From: Octopus vulgaris
Lineage: Eukaryota
DNA: 64,000 bases
Assembly: GCA_951406725.2 (NCBI GenBank)
Contig: OX597830.1
Location: 57,660,001 to 57,724,000 of the forward strand
Direction: 5' to 3'
Made by a program: the position numbers and the translations under genes. Under the pieces are notes generated by a model, which had not been told where the DNA came from, ran no database searches, and saw only the letters and a program-made list of their open reading frames with translations. Numbering within the stretch: the stretch's first letter is position 1; each line of letters opens with the position of its first letter. Positions 41,900 through 54,519 of the stretch are shown one piece after another.

Positions 41900-42941
41900 T
41901 TGGGTATCGTGGAGGCACAGTGGCTGAATTCCTTTCGAGCACTGGACTTCAAGGAGACTAAGAGGCAGCGTTCTCTATCAAGTGTTGGGCCTCATGAAAG
42001 CAAAATGGCTGAGTTCCTTTCAAGCATTGGGCCTCATGAAAGCAAGGTGGCTGAGTTCCTTTCGAACATTGGGCCTCATGGAAGCAAAGTGGCTGAGTTC
42101 CTTTCGAACATTGGGCCTCATGGAAGCAAAGTGGATGAGTTCCTTTTGAGCATTTGGCCTCATGGAAGCAAAGTGGCTGAGTTACTTTTGAGCATTGGGC
42201 CTCATGGAGGCAAAGTGGCTGAGTTCCTTTCGAGCATTGGGCCTCATGGAAGCAAAGTGGCTGAGTTCCTTTTGAGCATTTGGCCTCATGGAAGCAAAGT
42301 AGCTGAGTTCCTTTTGAGCATTGGGCCTCATGGAGGCAAAGTGGCTGAGTTCCTTTCGAGCATTGGGCCTCATGGAAGCAAAATGGCTGAGTTCCTTTTG
42401 AGCATTTGGCCTCATGGAAGCAAAGTGGCTGAGTTCCTTTCGAGCATTGGGCCTCATGGAAGCAAAGTGGATGAGTTCCTTTTGAGCATTTGGCCTCATG
42501 GAAGCAAAGTGGCTGAGTTACTTTTGAGCATTGGGCCTCATGGAGGCAAAGTGGCTGAGTTCCTTTCAAGCATTGGGCCTCATGGAAGCAAAGTAGCTGA
42601 GTTCCTTTTGAGCATTTGGCCTCATGGAGGCAAAGTGGCTGAGTTCCTTTCGAGCATTGGGCCTCATGGAAGCAAAGTAGCTGAGTTCCTTTTGAGCATT
42701 TGGCCTCATGGAGGCAAAGTGGCTGAGTTCCTTTCGAGCATTGGGCCTCATGGAAGCAAAGTAGCTGAGTTCCTTTTGAGCATTTGGCCTCATGGAGGCA
42801 AAGTGGCTGAGTTCCTTTCGAGCATTGGGCCTCATGGAAGCAAAGTAGCTGAGTTCCTTTTGAGCATTTGGCCTCATGGAGGCAAAGTGGCTGAGTTCCT
42901 TTCGAGCATTTGGCCTCATGGAGGCAAAGTGGCTGAGTTCC
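41900..42941. repeat. 42-bp minisatellite, about 24 copies
   Basis: Unit gagcattgggcctcatggaagcaaagtggctgagttcctttc; flanked by an RTE ORF end and an RTE 3' UTR (42942-43235). Confidence 0.95.
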
Positions 42942-43487
42942 TCAAGGAGTCAATGACTGAGACCTTTAGCATTATATTGTGCTTGAGAAGAAGACCCATC
43001 AAGCCGAGCAAAATCGCAGTCGTGAAAGATACTGGTGTCACACAAATGGCACCCATGCTGATGGCATGCGAAAGCACTCATTACACACCCAGAGTGGTTG
43101 GTGTTAGGAAGGACATCCAACCATAGAAAACCATGCCAGATTTGACGGGATTCTGGTGCAGCATTCTAGCTTACCAGCCCCAGTCAAACTGTCCAACCCA
43201 TGCCAGCATGGACAACAGACATTAAATGATAATGTTAAAGCAGTAGAGCACTAGGCTAAATACCTCATCACATTTCGTTTCATCCTTCTTGTGCACAGAG
43301 TGCTGACCTTGCTGGTATCAAATTTGCTTTCCATTTCTCCAAAGTTTTAATGGAGTATTCTTGTTGACTGGTTTTAGTTGAGCTGTTCAAAGACATCCTT
43401 TGCTATTTCCCCACTTTCATTACTTTAACCGGTCCCTGCCACTCTGTGCTCAATACACAAAAATCAATTTATATTTCCCCAGCCATT

Positions 43488-43713
43488 TTAATCCTTTTGC
43501 ATTTAAACCAGCCAGATCTGGCCAAAATAGTCTCCATTGTTTTTATTCTTAAACAGGCCAGATCAGGCCTCTCACACTTACCCTACAATATTATTCCAAA
43601 AATAAACAATGTCATTGAAATTTTAAAGCTACAAGATAATGCATGACTAACTCAAATAAATATAAATAAATAAGAATTATTTTTGACAGAAAAATCTGAT
43701 TGCTAAAGGCTTA
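43488..43713. mobile_element. TTAA-flanked MITE (piggyBac-type), decayed
   Basis: ttaatccttttgcatt ... attgctaaaggcttaa; reverse relative at 53226-53455. Confidence 0.6.
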
Positions 43714-43909
43714 ATATTTATCATCACCATTAATAAATCATACAATATGTTTTAGTACATTATTTATATTATTTACATTTGACTGATATTTGTCCTCATC
43801 TTGTTTGTTGTTAACACAACATTTTGGCTGATATACCCTCCAGCCTTCATCAAGTGTCTTGGGGAAATTGCAAACCTGGGTTCTCATTCTTAAGGTATTT
43901 TTTGATGTT

Positions 43910-44342
<433 letters not shown>

Positions 44343-44642
44343 TCACTGCCTGGAATTAAACTCAGAATCTTGGGGTTAGTAGCCCACACTCTTAACCACT
44401 ATGCCATATAAAGCTAGAAGAGTAGCGGAAAGGGCAGGACATGCCCTCGTCCGTAAGAGAATCTATTACAACCATTGGGAAAAAAAGTCCACAGGCATTT
44501 GGTGCAGTGGTTAAGAACATGGGCTACTAACCCCAAGATTCCAAGTTCGATTCCAGGCAGTGACCTGAATAATAGTAATAATAATAATAATAACATCGAA
44601 AAATACCTTAGGAATGAGAACCCAGGTTCGAAATTTCCCCAA

Positions 44643-44688
44643 GACACCTGATGAAGGCTGGAGGGTATATCAGCCAAAATGTTGTGTT
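44643..44688 (+). ncRNA. Minimal hammerhead motif, mutated (G12A); mirror copy 43813-43858 on minus
   Basis: GACAC-CUGAUGA-A-GGCUG(gaggguauau)CAGCC-AAAA-UG-U-U-GUGUU. Confidence 0.6.
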
Positions 44689-45869
44689 AACAACAAACAA
44701 GATGAGGACAAATATCAGTCAAATGTAAATAATGTACATAATTCCTCATCTCTTAAACATAGAACAATATGTTTTAGAGTTGTCATCAAATTCATCTTCA
44801 TTCCCCCTCCCCCCCTCTCTCTCTCCACCTGCGGCAGATGGCACACTTACATGAGGCAATTGTCTCCATTGTATGAATGAATGTTATTGGCCAGTCTACC
44901 TCATTTCGTCAGCCACACTCTTCCATGCTGGAGGAGAATATTCATTTTGCAGTTCTCCTTCTCCTCGTTTCATTGCATTCACTTACAATTACTTTATTAA
45001 AAATTCTACATTAATTTCAATTCAGGAGTTGTCACTCCAACACATCTTGATGAGAACCAGTTTTCAAAAAAATGATTTATTAAACTCAGAATTAGGAATT
45101 GTCAAAGTAATTGACTTATGTTTTCTTTTCTTTCTTTTTTGTTTTTAATCTTTGGTCTAATTTTAAAAAATATGAATATTTGGTTATTTTAAGATTTCAT
45201 GTAGAGATTGGGTTCCATAAATCATTTGATGGTAAGAATCTTCAAATACTTTTCAAACGTCCAGGATGAAATTTGCATCTGAAAATGATCTGCAAAACAA
45301 TCTTTCAGTTCTTCTTTCAAATTTTCTGAAATATTTCCATTTGCTTCTTGTTCCAATGAGAACAGACTTATTGAGAAACCAGACTTATCTGGTCTGCAAA
45401 CAGTTTCTTCTAATTTTCAGTTTTTCAGAATGCTCACATCATATCCTGGTCCAAAGTTCCATTGGATTCTAAACTAAACACAGGAATATATGAATCCAAA
45501 CAAATCTGACCACTTCTGAATGTGTATCACATAATCTCCACGAGTATGAATGTTCCTGGTTGGAATTGTTCAAAACTATAAATAGAAAAAGTGTCAGTGT
45601 GTTTTAACAAAAAATTCCCTCTAAATATGAACTCAAAGAAGAAAATATAATTCCTACTAGTAAGGTAAAATATGTATTTTGTTAACTGTTTCAACTTTTG
45701 TGCTTAAATGCAATGGATATGAAAGTTATTTGCACAGAATGTTCAGGACCAATCAGCCTTTTCTAAGCCCACTCCATAGTGATGCATCCACAAATTTAGT
45801 GGTATCAAAAGCAAGTAAAGGAGATAGTTTGCATACTTAATAGATGTTTTGTGTGATTTCTTTCTTTGC

Positions 45870-46345
45870 TACAAAACCTCTTTGTCTTATATACTAAGAA
45901 TATGTTTCTGTTGAAGAACTCAACATCTATAAGATGATATTACAAGACCTACCATGGTGAAATCATAACAAGTATTCTGGACAGACAAGGGAAGATGTCA
46001 AGCAATTGAAGGCTAGTTTCAACAAATTAACACCAGGAAAAGCAATGAAAATGAAGGAATATTCTTGCCAGCTACAAAATCTCAAAACATATTGCTGAAA
46101 AGATGAATCCTTTTACAGACAAAGAGTTTATCAAAGAATTCTTACTGGCAGTGGAAGATGTTGTTTGTCTTGAAAAGTAATCTTTATTTGAATGTATCAG
46201 CAAGAATGAGTTGAAGAAATGCCAGTAAATGTTTAAAATGGTTTTAGAGATGTTTGCAGAAAATTACAATTTTTTTCTATTGCATTTGATGAAAGTAGTG
46301 CCGAGAGCCACTGCTCAACTCTTAATGTTTGTGCGGAAATTGGTT
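45870..46345 (+). mobile_element. hAT (Charlie/SPIN, GTF2IRD2-like) transposase remnant
   Basis: KPLCLI, ASYKISKHIAEKMNPFTDKEFIKEFLL, FSIAFDESS..TAQLLMFVR, with stops and frameshifts. Confidence 0.8.
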
Positions 46346-46420
46346 TTAAGTTTTTTGAAGATATTTTTAATCAGGCAGACATTTTTGAAGTTTTGTTGAA
46401 TTGACATCAGGATTTTTGAG

Positions 46421-46540
46421 CAGCAGTCACCAATGTTTTCTGCTCCATGAAGTGATTTCATGCAAGACAATTTTTCCATGGACCAGAGGATCACACACAT
46501 AACAAAACAATAAAATGTGTAACGCAATGAGAGTAGACAA
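46421..46540 (-). mobile_element. hAT-Charlie (MER1-like) terminus
   Basis: Minus ggtccatggaaaaattgtcttgcatgaaa...aaaacattggtgactgctg resembles Charlie/MER1 ends. Confidence 0.6.
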
Positions 46541-46559
46541 TTGTTATATGTTGGAGACA

Positions 46560-46990
46560 AGGACGGCCATTGGACTCACTATTGTACAAATGGGTAGAAG
46601 CATCCTGTGATAAAGGTAGCAAGAAGTTTAAACAGTCAGGTTCCATCCATAGGGAATAATGGGATTTGCCCTGAAAGCTTAATGTAATCCTGAAGTTTAC
46701 AGCGTTAAGTTGGTGAAATAACACAGCTGTTCATTTTGAAGTAATGCCATCTGGAGTAATGTCCTTCTGAAGTCCCACATGAAAATAGCTATACTCTCAA
46801 AGTCTTCTGCTAACTGCTGGCTGGTTGACTGGAACCGAATCTCCTTTGTTCTGGACAGATGACATTGTATTTATAGCTAGCTATTGAAAAAGGCACGAAA
46901 TACTGCTTGGTGGAAGCTGCTGTTCGTATTAAATCTGCAGCCAGCCATAGCACTACCGTGCTAATACACGACAACCAAAGAGCAATTCTT
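46560..46990 (-). mobile_element. RTE AP-endonuclease region, heavily decayed
   Basis: IASYKYNVICPEQRRF and ..DCLNFLLPLS.. recall LARYNIDIAALSETRF and DRLMTLRLPLS. Confidence 0.45.
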
Positions 46991-47199
46991 TGACTCACTA
47001 CAAGTGCATAATATATAATTTTTAATAATATATAATCCTTACATATTAAGCACTTTTAATGGGGTAGAACTTTTGGGTCTGCTGTAGGCAATATGTGCTT
47101 TTTGTAGCGTCTAGGGGCAGCAAATGGAAGGGCCATTCTGGGTGGCACACACTTTAGCTACGTTAGTGGCCTTAAGCCCCACTATTTAATATTAAACAC

Positions 47200-47620
47200 T
47201 ACTCTGACAAAGAATCTCAGTCATGGTAATTCCATTCTTCTTAATATGTTCCCTGATAGCTTCATTTCTATATCTTTCTTCCATGCTATTCATGTACCTT
47301 TGTTGAACATTTCTCTTCTTCAAAATGCTGAATTTCTTCACTGAATTTATTTCACCTGTCTTCGTTAATCTGGTGAGATTTCCACTTGTTCCATGTCCGT
47401 CCAAGTCTTGCTTGTTTCTTCTGCACTGTACCAATCACTTCTTTCATTCCCAGTCTACTTTCTGTCATCTCAACAGCTTTTTCCACATTCCATTTCCTTC
47501 CTGACAACATTCTTGGTTTGGCTGCAGAACAACAGAATCCACCAAATTTCATAGCATCACATGACACTGATTTCTGCTACCATAAACTCCTCCTCTGCCA
47601 CCGAAAAAGACAGCTGGAGT
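47200..47620 (-). mobile_element. HERO-like non-LTR retrotransposon fragment
   Basis: SGRKWNVEKAVEMTESRLGMKEVIGTVQKKQARLG matches the GRKW...AV..AESRL...D.VG.V..GR.GLG motif. Confidence 0.65.
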
Positions 47621-47826
47621 TCAATGCTTCTACTGAACAATACAACTTTCATAAACACATTCAATGTAAATAGTACACACACACACACACACACACACAC
47701 ATGCACATGCATACATACTCACATGCACAAATTTATGCTTGCTTGCCACTTAACTCTTCCATCCTGTTTTGCAATCAACAATTATATTCCATCTCAAATT
47801 CCCTCCACCACTGGCATCCTCTCCCC

Positions 47827-47877
<51 letters not shown>

Positions 47878-48648
47878 TCTCTCTCTCTCTACTCTTTTTT
47901 GTTTATCTTTGACTACTCATTGGGTTTCTTTTCATTGATTAATTGCAATGAATGAGATTGTTTGTTTTTAATTTGGGCCATTAATTACATGTTGAATAAA
48001 GTCAACCAAGAAAAATGCATGCAATAGATAGGAGTGTCTCCAGCCTCAGCTTTGCCAATTTGTCTCCTGTGTACCCAGAAAATATTCAAGGCATGCAGTA
48101 TCACAGTGATGACATCAGTAAATCTGGGCAGTCAAGAAATTTGCTTTTTAATTACATTGTTCAGAGTTCAAAATACTGTGCAGCATTATGGGGGAAGTGT
48201 TTCTATGTGACTAAGATAGGATAAAGATCCTTCCTGATTCAATATAGACACATAGGCCCAGTTTCCCAGTTTCTGTGGTGCATATATTCCCCCTGGATGG
48301 GACACAAGTCCATCACACAATTACTCATTTCTGCCAGCTGAGTGGACTGGAGCAATGAAGTGTTTTGCTCAAGAACACAATGCATCACTTGGTCCAGGAA
48401 TTGAAACCACAATCTTACGATCATGAGTCCAGCACCTTAACCACTACTCTAGGTATGTCTCAATGTTTCTGAGTGAATTAAAGAGGATAAAATTATGTGG
48501 ACATCTATTGGATGGTAAACTTAATTAGAAAAATAACCAAAAACTCAAACCAGTTGGGAAAGACATCTGCTGTTTTCAGAAAAATCTTCCAGTAATTATA
48601 TTTCTAGTCCATGGCAACCAGCAAAGCCCATGGGAACAGTTTCTTTCT

Positions 48649-48824
48649 ACAGTTCTATATTTAACAGATAAGGAATTATGTACATTATTTCAATTTGACA
48701 GATATTTGTTCTCATCTTGTTTGTTGTTAACACATCATTTCAGCTGATTTACCCTCCAGCCTTCATCAGATGTCTTGGGGAAATTTCAAACCTGAGTTCT
48801 CATTCCTAAGGTATCTTTCGATGC

Positions 48825-48856
<32 letters not shown>

Positions 48857-49083
48857 TCACTGCCTGGAAACAAACTCAGAATCTTGGGGTTAGTAGCCGG
48901 CACACTTAACCACAATGCCATATGCCCATGGGCATAATAATAATAATATTGAAAAATACCCTAGGAATGAGAACCCAGGTTCGAAATTTCCCCAAGACAC
49001 CTGATGAAGGCTGGAGGGTAAATCAGCCGAAACATTGTGTTAACAACAAACAAGATGTAAATAACGTCAAATGTAAATAATGT
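48649..49083. mobile_element. Inverted tRNA-head/(AAT)n/hammerhead element, locus 2
   Basis: Full minus copy 48649-48928 plus an inverted head-less copy 48933-49083. 13-bp TSD acagtttctttct (48636-48648) / acagtttttttct (49084-49096), one mismatch. Confidence 0.85.
48996..49041 (+). ncRNA. Minimal type I hammerhead motif with intact core; mirror copy 48729-48774 on minus
   Basis: GACAC-CUGAUGA-A-GGCUG(gaggguaaau)CAGCC-GAAA-CA-U-U-GUGUU; stem III reduced to ACAU (inferred ancestral palindrome ACGU). Confidence 0.7.
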
Positions 49084-50227
49084 ACAGTTTTTTTCTTTAG
49101 AGTAATTCAATACGAAATGAAATATAAGAAGCTTTTACATATAACAAAAGCATTCTCCCCATTTTCTCTACAAAAGTAATCAGATACATTCAACCATATA
49201 TTCCACTGGGAAAAATAATGCAGTGACTGTACTGACCAATAAACTATCTTCAACTGTTGGCAAAATTTGAGCCATGTTGCAAGATTCCCATCAACAAGAC
49301 CTGCAACCTTTAGTAGAATTCAGAAGATCACAGACAAAAAGTGCTGACCAAAACGAACTATTTTATTCATTAAGGATTTCTTAATGGTGAACAATTGCAG
49401 AAATGATGCTGGAATGTTTTTGATTGGTTCATGCATTGTACAACCCAGTAATTCATTAGGTTGGATTTAAACCTGGAGAGGGACAATACAAGATCAATAC
49501 AAAATCCCCTTTGCACAATCTTCAGCTGACTTAGCTCTTCCAGTTTATATGTCTTGTTCAGCAGAGGTTCATAACAACAACTCAAAAAGAGAATGGCTTC
49601 TATACACGGCTAAACATTAATGTTTAGAGGCCTACAGTCTTGGTGACAATATCTCACATTTGAAAATGAGTATGGCATGGAAATCCTGCAGATAAAAAGG
49701 GTCCAGGGAGACATTTAAAGACTGAATTGCACAGAGAGTTATGAACATGACAACTTTGTGGCATTGATTTTTAAAATTTTCTGAAGACTTTTGTTTTGAT
49801 TGATTTGATGGATACAAGATGACTGAGAGGAAGCTGCACAAGTTCCTATTGATTTATTGCCTTCCTTGTGTTGTCTTCCTCCTATTTTCCAAGCGCCGTA
49901 TCGAAGGAAACAACACACAATAAACAAATACATAGCATTGTATTAATAGCAAACTCCATGACACCATTGCAAACCCTCAGTGTGACATGAAACCTTCTTT
50001 TAAAACATTGAATTCAGCTTTTGTTCTGCAGCACACATTTTGATAGCTTCTCCTTCTGTGTTAAATCATATTATGGCCTTCCCTTAAAAATTCAAGTTTT
50101 AAAAATACATAGAAAATTTCATTTCTGTTGCAGAATGCATGTGCACGCATACATGCACATTTCCCTTTCTTACTCTTTGCCTGCAAATGTGTGCGCCCCC
50201 CCGCCCCCGCTCTCTATATATATTTCT

Positions 50228-50618
50228 CTTTTTCTCTCTTTTATTTGTTTCAGTCATTTGACTGCTGTCATGCTGGAGCACCGCTTTTAGTTGAGCAAAT
50301 CGACCTCAGGATTTATTCTTTGGAAGCCTAGTACTTATTCTATTGGTCTCTTTTGCCAAACTGCTAAGTGGCAGGGACGTAAACACACCACCATCAGTTG
50401 TCAAGCGATGTTGGGGGACAAAGACACACAAACATATACACACACATACACATATATACATATATACGATGGGCTTCTTTCAGTTTCTGTCTACCAAATC
50501 CACTCACAGGGCTTTGATTGGTCTGAGGCTATAGTAGAAGACATTTGCCCAAGGTGCCACACAGTAGGAATGAACCCTGAACCAAGTAGTTGGTAAGCAA
50601 GCTACTTACCACACAGCT
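50228..50618 (-). mobile_element. Full-length SINE family A
   Basis: Reverse complement of 19944-20350. Confidence 0.85.
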
Positions 50619-50640
50619 ACTATATATATATATATATATA

Positions 50641-51236
50641 TAATTAAATAAGGGTAGAAATTGATATTAATCAATTAAAACCAGTGGCCTGGCATATTTA
50701 AAAAATCCAAAGATTAAAAATCTTTTTACATACAAAATTTAGAGGATTGACCACTAAAAGTGGACAGCCTTTTCCACGGAGAATGTGTTCTCAAGAAAAA
50801 ATTCAGCAAAAAACCAAAATGTAAAAATAAGCAAGACAAATGAAAATATACAAAATAAAAACGATTACCCATGTACTAATTAGTTTACTTGTTAATAATT
50901 TACGTATATGAATACATAAACATCTGCAAGATCATCAGCATAGTCTGTCGTTTATGAAACCCAATTTCCAGAACTAGATACATGGCGCTCAACTGAAATC
51001 CATCATTGTATAAAGTTCCACAAATTACATTAAGGTGTATCTTTCAAATGCCTTCACTTTGGCACGCTGAGATCGGAAACTACTCTGTAGTTAATAAACT
51101 ACAGCAGTCAATTTACCGGTTAGAGAACATTTTTTTTATTTAAAATTAAATAAGGGTAGAAATTGATATTAATCAATTAAAACCAGTGGCCTAGCATATT
51201 TAAAAAATCCAAAGATTAAAAATTTTTTTACATACA
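50641..51236 (-). mobile_element. Partial-tandem repeat unit (period 502 bp) with hammerhead; PLE pLTR or retrozyme-like
   Basis: A ~92-bp direct repeat at 50642-50733 and 51144-51236 encloses an HHR-like motif. Confidence 0.7.
50868..50944 (-). ncRNA. Type I hammerhead-like motif with palindromic stem III, G12 lost
   Basis: CUAUG-CUGAUGA-UCUUG(35 nt)CAAG-UAAA-CUAAUUAG-U-A-CAUGG; ACUAAUUAGU is a perfect palindrome; GUA site. Confidence 0.6.
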
Positions 51237-51538
51237 GTAAAGCCAGTCAAGGTGGCTCTGGCATCGGCTGCGTTCGGATGGTGCTTTTTACATGCCATTG
51301 GCACGAGTATCACGACTACAATTTCCATTTTATTTTCATTTTGATGTACTTGACTCAATAGGTCTCCTCAAGCACAGCAGATTGCCCTACAATCCAAGGT
51401 AAGCACAACAGGTAGTCATATGATCCAAGGTACTTTTGAATGGGCTGGGGCTGGTTATGCAAAACTGGTGTAGGATACAGCCTTGAATTCACTTTGTTTG
51501 TCAGGTCTTCACACCATTCACAGACTTGGTCTGTGGCA

Positions 51539-51607
<69 letters not shown>

Positions 51608-53774
51608 CACAGCATGCCTGTGTGCTAAGAAGCTTGCTTCAGTTCCTGAGAAAAGTGCAAAAGAAGAAAGTCTCCTCAAACCAGAGATAGGGCCCAAATG
51701 CTTGCTATAGAGTAGCAAGGGGGTTATGGCAGAATTTGTACTCAAAACACAAAGGACAGGAACAAATAATGGTTTCAAATTATATGAATATATGTATATG
51801 CAAATATACATATATATGATAAATATAATGTGTATATGCACACAGATACACAATTACACATGTACATGTATGTATTCAAATCTGCATACATAGATATGTA
51901 ACTCTAAGGCCTTTCTCTATCAAGAATTTGATCCCCTAACTGCCCCCAGAAAATTCCTCTTCAAGGAGCAGACTTGCATAAGTTTTACTGAGGAAAGCCT
52001 GCAGTTGCCCATGCATGCAAGTCTCCACTTCCCATGCCAGTGATGTTCTTGAGGGCACCATTGATGTTGCAGGAGATGCTTTCAAAATGCAGAGACCTGG
52101 AACAAATACTGCAAGACATCTTGTTTTGATGTTTAACAATTCTGTCAATCCATAGCCCTGGACAAGTACAGTCAAATATAGTCAAGTACATTCTGTATTG
52201 ATCCAGAAAGGCAGAGTTGACCGTAGACACACACACACACATGTAGATTATAAAATTTTATTAGTACTACTTATATTTTATGCTTAGATTTTAGTTAACA
52301 TATCCTTACTAGGGTGAATAATTTCTATTCAAATTTGGAGCAAAGCATGAATGACTCTATCGAGGGAGTTGGTTATCCAACTCATATTCTGCCCCATGTT
52401 GTTTCAAACCACAGTTGATGCTCTTTCAATTGTTGTTAAAGTTTTTGGCTAGAAGTATATTGAGTTCTTCATAACCAGCTGATCTAGCAAGCGGGACCTC
52501 ATATCAGTGAGGGGGGGGGGGCGGTGCACATTGATGCCGTCGAGAGGTAGGCCCCGAAACGGCGCACATTCTCTCCTGATGACCCCATACACTTGCTAGC
52601 TTCCGGTATACGGAGCTTTTAACTGGTAGCACTTGCATGTGCAAGTTGTTTGCAAGACATCTAAGATAGAATGCGTCGTGTATTTGTTGTGATATGATGA
52701 TTTGAGTTCAAATCCCACAGAGCCCAATATTGCCTTTTTATCTTTTAAAGAGTCAATAAAATAGTAGCAATCCAGGATGGGGGTTTGGTAGAATTGTAAG
52801 GAAATTTGGCTGGCACTATTTTAGGTAGCAAACTGGCAGAATTATTTATATACCAAGTAAAATGCTTAGTAGTATCTCATGTCTTTATGTTCTGAGTTCA
52901 AATTGTGCTGAGGTAGGCTTAGCTTTGTATTCTTTCGGAGTCACTAAAATAAGTACCAGTTGAACACTGGGGTTGATATAATCGACTGGCCCCTCCCCTG
53001 AAATTACTAGCCTTGTGCTAAAATTTGAAGCCAATATTTGTTTCTGCCTTTTGCGTTTTGAGTACAAATTCTGCCATAACCCCCTTGCTATTTTATTGCA
53101 AGCATTTGGGGGCCTATCTCTGGTTTGAGGAGACTTTCTTCCCTTGCACTCTTTTCAGGGGTCCTGTAAAGGATCATGGGCATTGTCTTCTCTCATGTCT
53201 AAAAAGATTTTTAAAAATATTTTTTGACCCTTAAGCATTCAGATTATTCTATCAAACAATGCTTCTTTATTCAAATTGGTTTGAATTAATCCTGCATCAT
53301 CTCACTGCTTCTAGATTTCAATGATGTGATAGTATGTTTTTAGAATGACACTGCATGGTTGGTGTGAGTGGCAGAATTTGGTCAGTTTGAACAGAAAACA
53401 TATAGAATACTTGGGCTTCATGTGGTTGGTTTAAATACCAAAAATTCAACTGAAAAGTTAATAGTTTTTTGCAATTTTGTCGGTGCTCAGTATTCTTCAT
53501 TTGTCTCATATTCTAAAACTTGTTGGATCTCTGTGATGGATATAGTGGAGAGAAACCTTACTTTATTCAAAGCATGGAAATTTTAATTCCAAAGGAAAGG
53601 TCCAGAAAATTATTTTTTCCTTTGTTTTGCTCTTTCTAGTAATCCCTTGTGTGAAGCAAGCTTACTTTTCGTTCACAGTTTCTCGTGTCTTTTAGCAATG
53701 GGATTATGGAAATGGAAAAAAAAATATCTAACAAGATTATAGTGGTACTTCATTGTTTAATGGAATTTATGAAT

Positions 53775-53972
53775 CTGGCACCTGTGCGGGTGGCACGTAA
53801 AAAGCACCCACTACACTCATGGAGTGGTTGGCGTTAGGAAGGGCATCCAGTCGTAGAAACATTGCCAGAACAAACTGGGCCTGGTGCAGCCTTCTGGCTT
53901 CCCAGACCCCAGTTGAACTGTCCAACCCATGCTAGCATGGAAAGCGGACGCTAAACGATGATGATGATGATG
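53775..53972 (+). mobile_element. RTE 3' UTR fragment with (GAT)n tail
   Basis: Matches 10783-10980. Confidence 0.9.
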
Positions 53973-54519
53973 TAAAAGAAAGTATTGATGAAAAGTGTAT
54001 TCCTTAAAGAACTGAGGTTTGTCTTAATACTGAAGACATTATATTTGTACATAGAAACAAAGTCCATCTTGAAATGGATAATAATTACAGTGCTTAGCAT
54101 GAATATTTGGTGGAATGGATTTTAGCAGTTGAAGAATTTGATGGTTTTTCATGATGTTATTTAATACACTTCCACTGTGGGAAGAAGTGAAATTATTATA
54201 TGCAATAGTAAATAAAAGGGGATAAAATCTGAGTTTTTTTGTTACTTTTTCAGTGGCCAGCATTTAAAAACTGGAGAGGAGATGCAATGTAAACCCAAAG
54301 AATGGAAAAGCAAGTTATGCCATGAAATGGCATTCTATACTCCAATAAATTAAAGACTAATTCTTTGAGTTGCTAATTTTATGTCCTCTGCTTTTGGTCA
54401 GCATATTTAGTATATGGTGCTAATCTTGATTGTGTTTTCACACAGATGAATGATCAATAAATAAAACAATGAAATAAGTTGGATGCAACTACAATAGGAA
54501 CTGTGTTACAATAAACGAT

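Noticed and set aside
41900-42941. CRISPR array
   Set aside because: Contiguous tandem units with no unique spacers, no cas genes, eukaryotic context.
41864-43126. 420-aa ORF as a repeat-protein gene
   Set aside because: It arises from a 42-bp tandem repeat inside an RTE remnant, has a non-ATG start, and its flanks are TE sequence.
45190-45576. Minus-strand coding exon after a good acceptor
   Set aside because: All frames contain stops and no protein is recognisable; could be UTR or decayed sequence.
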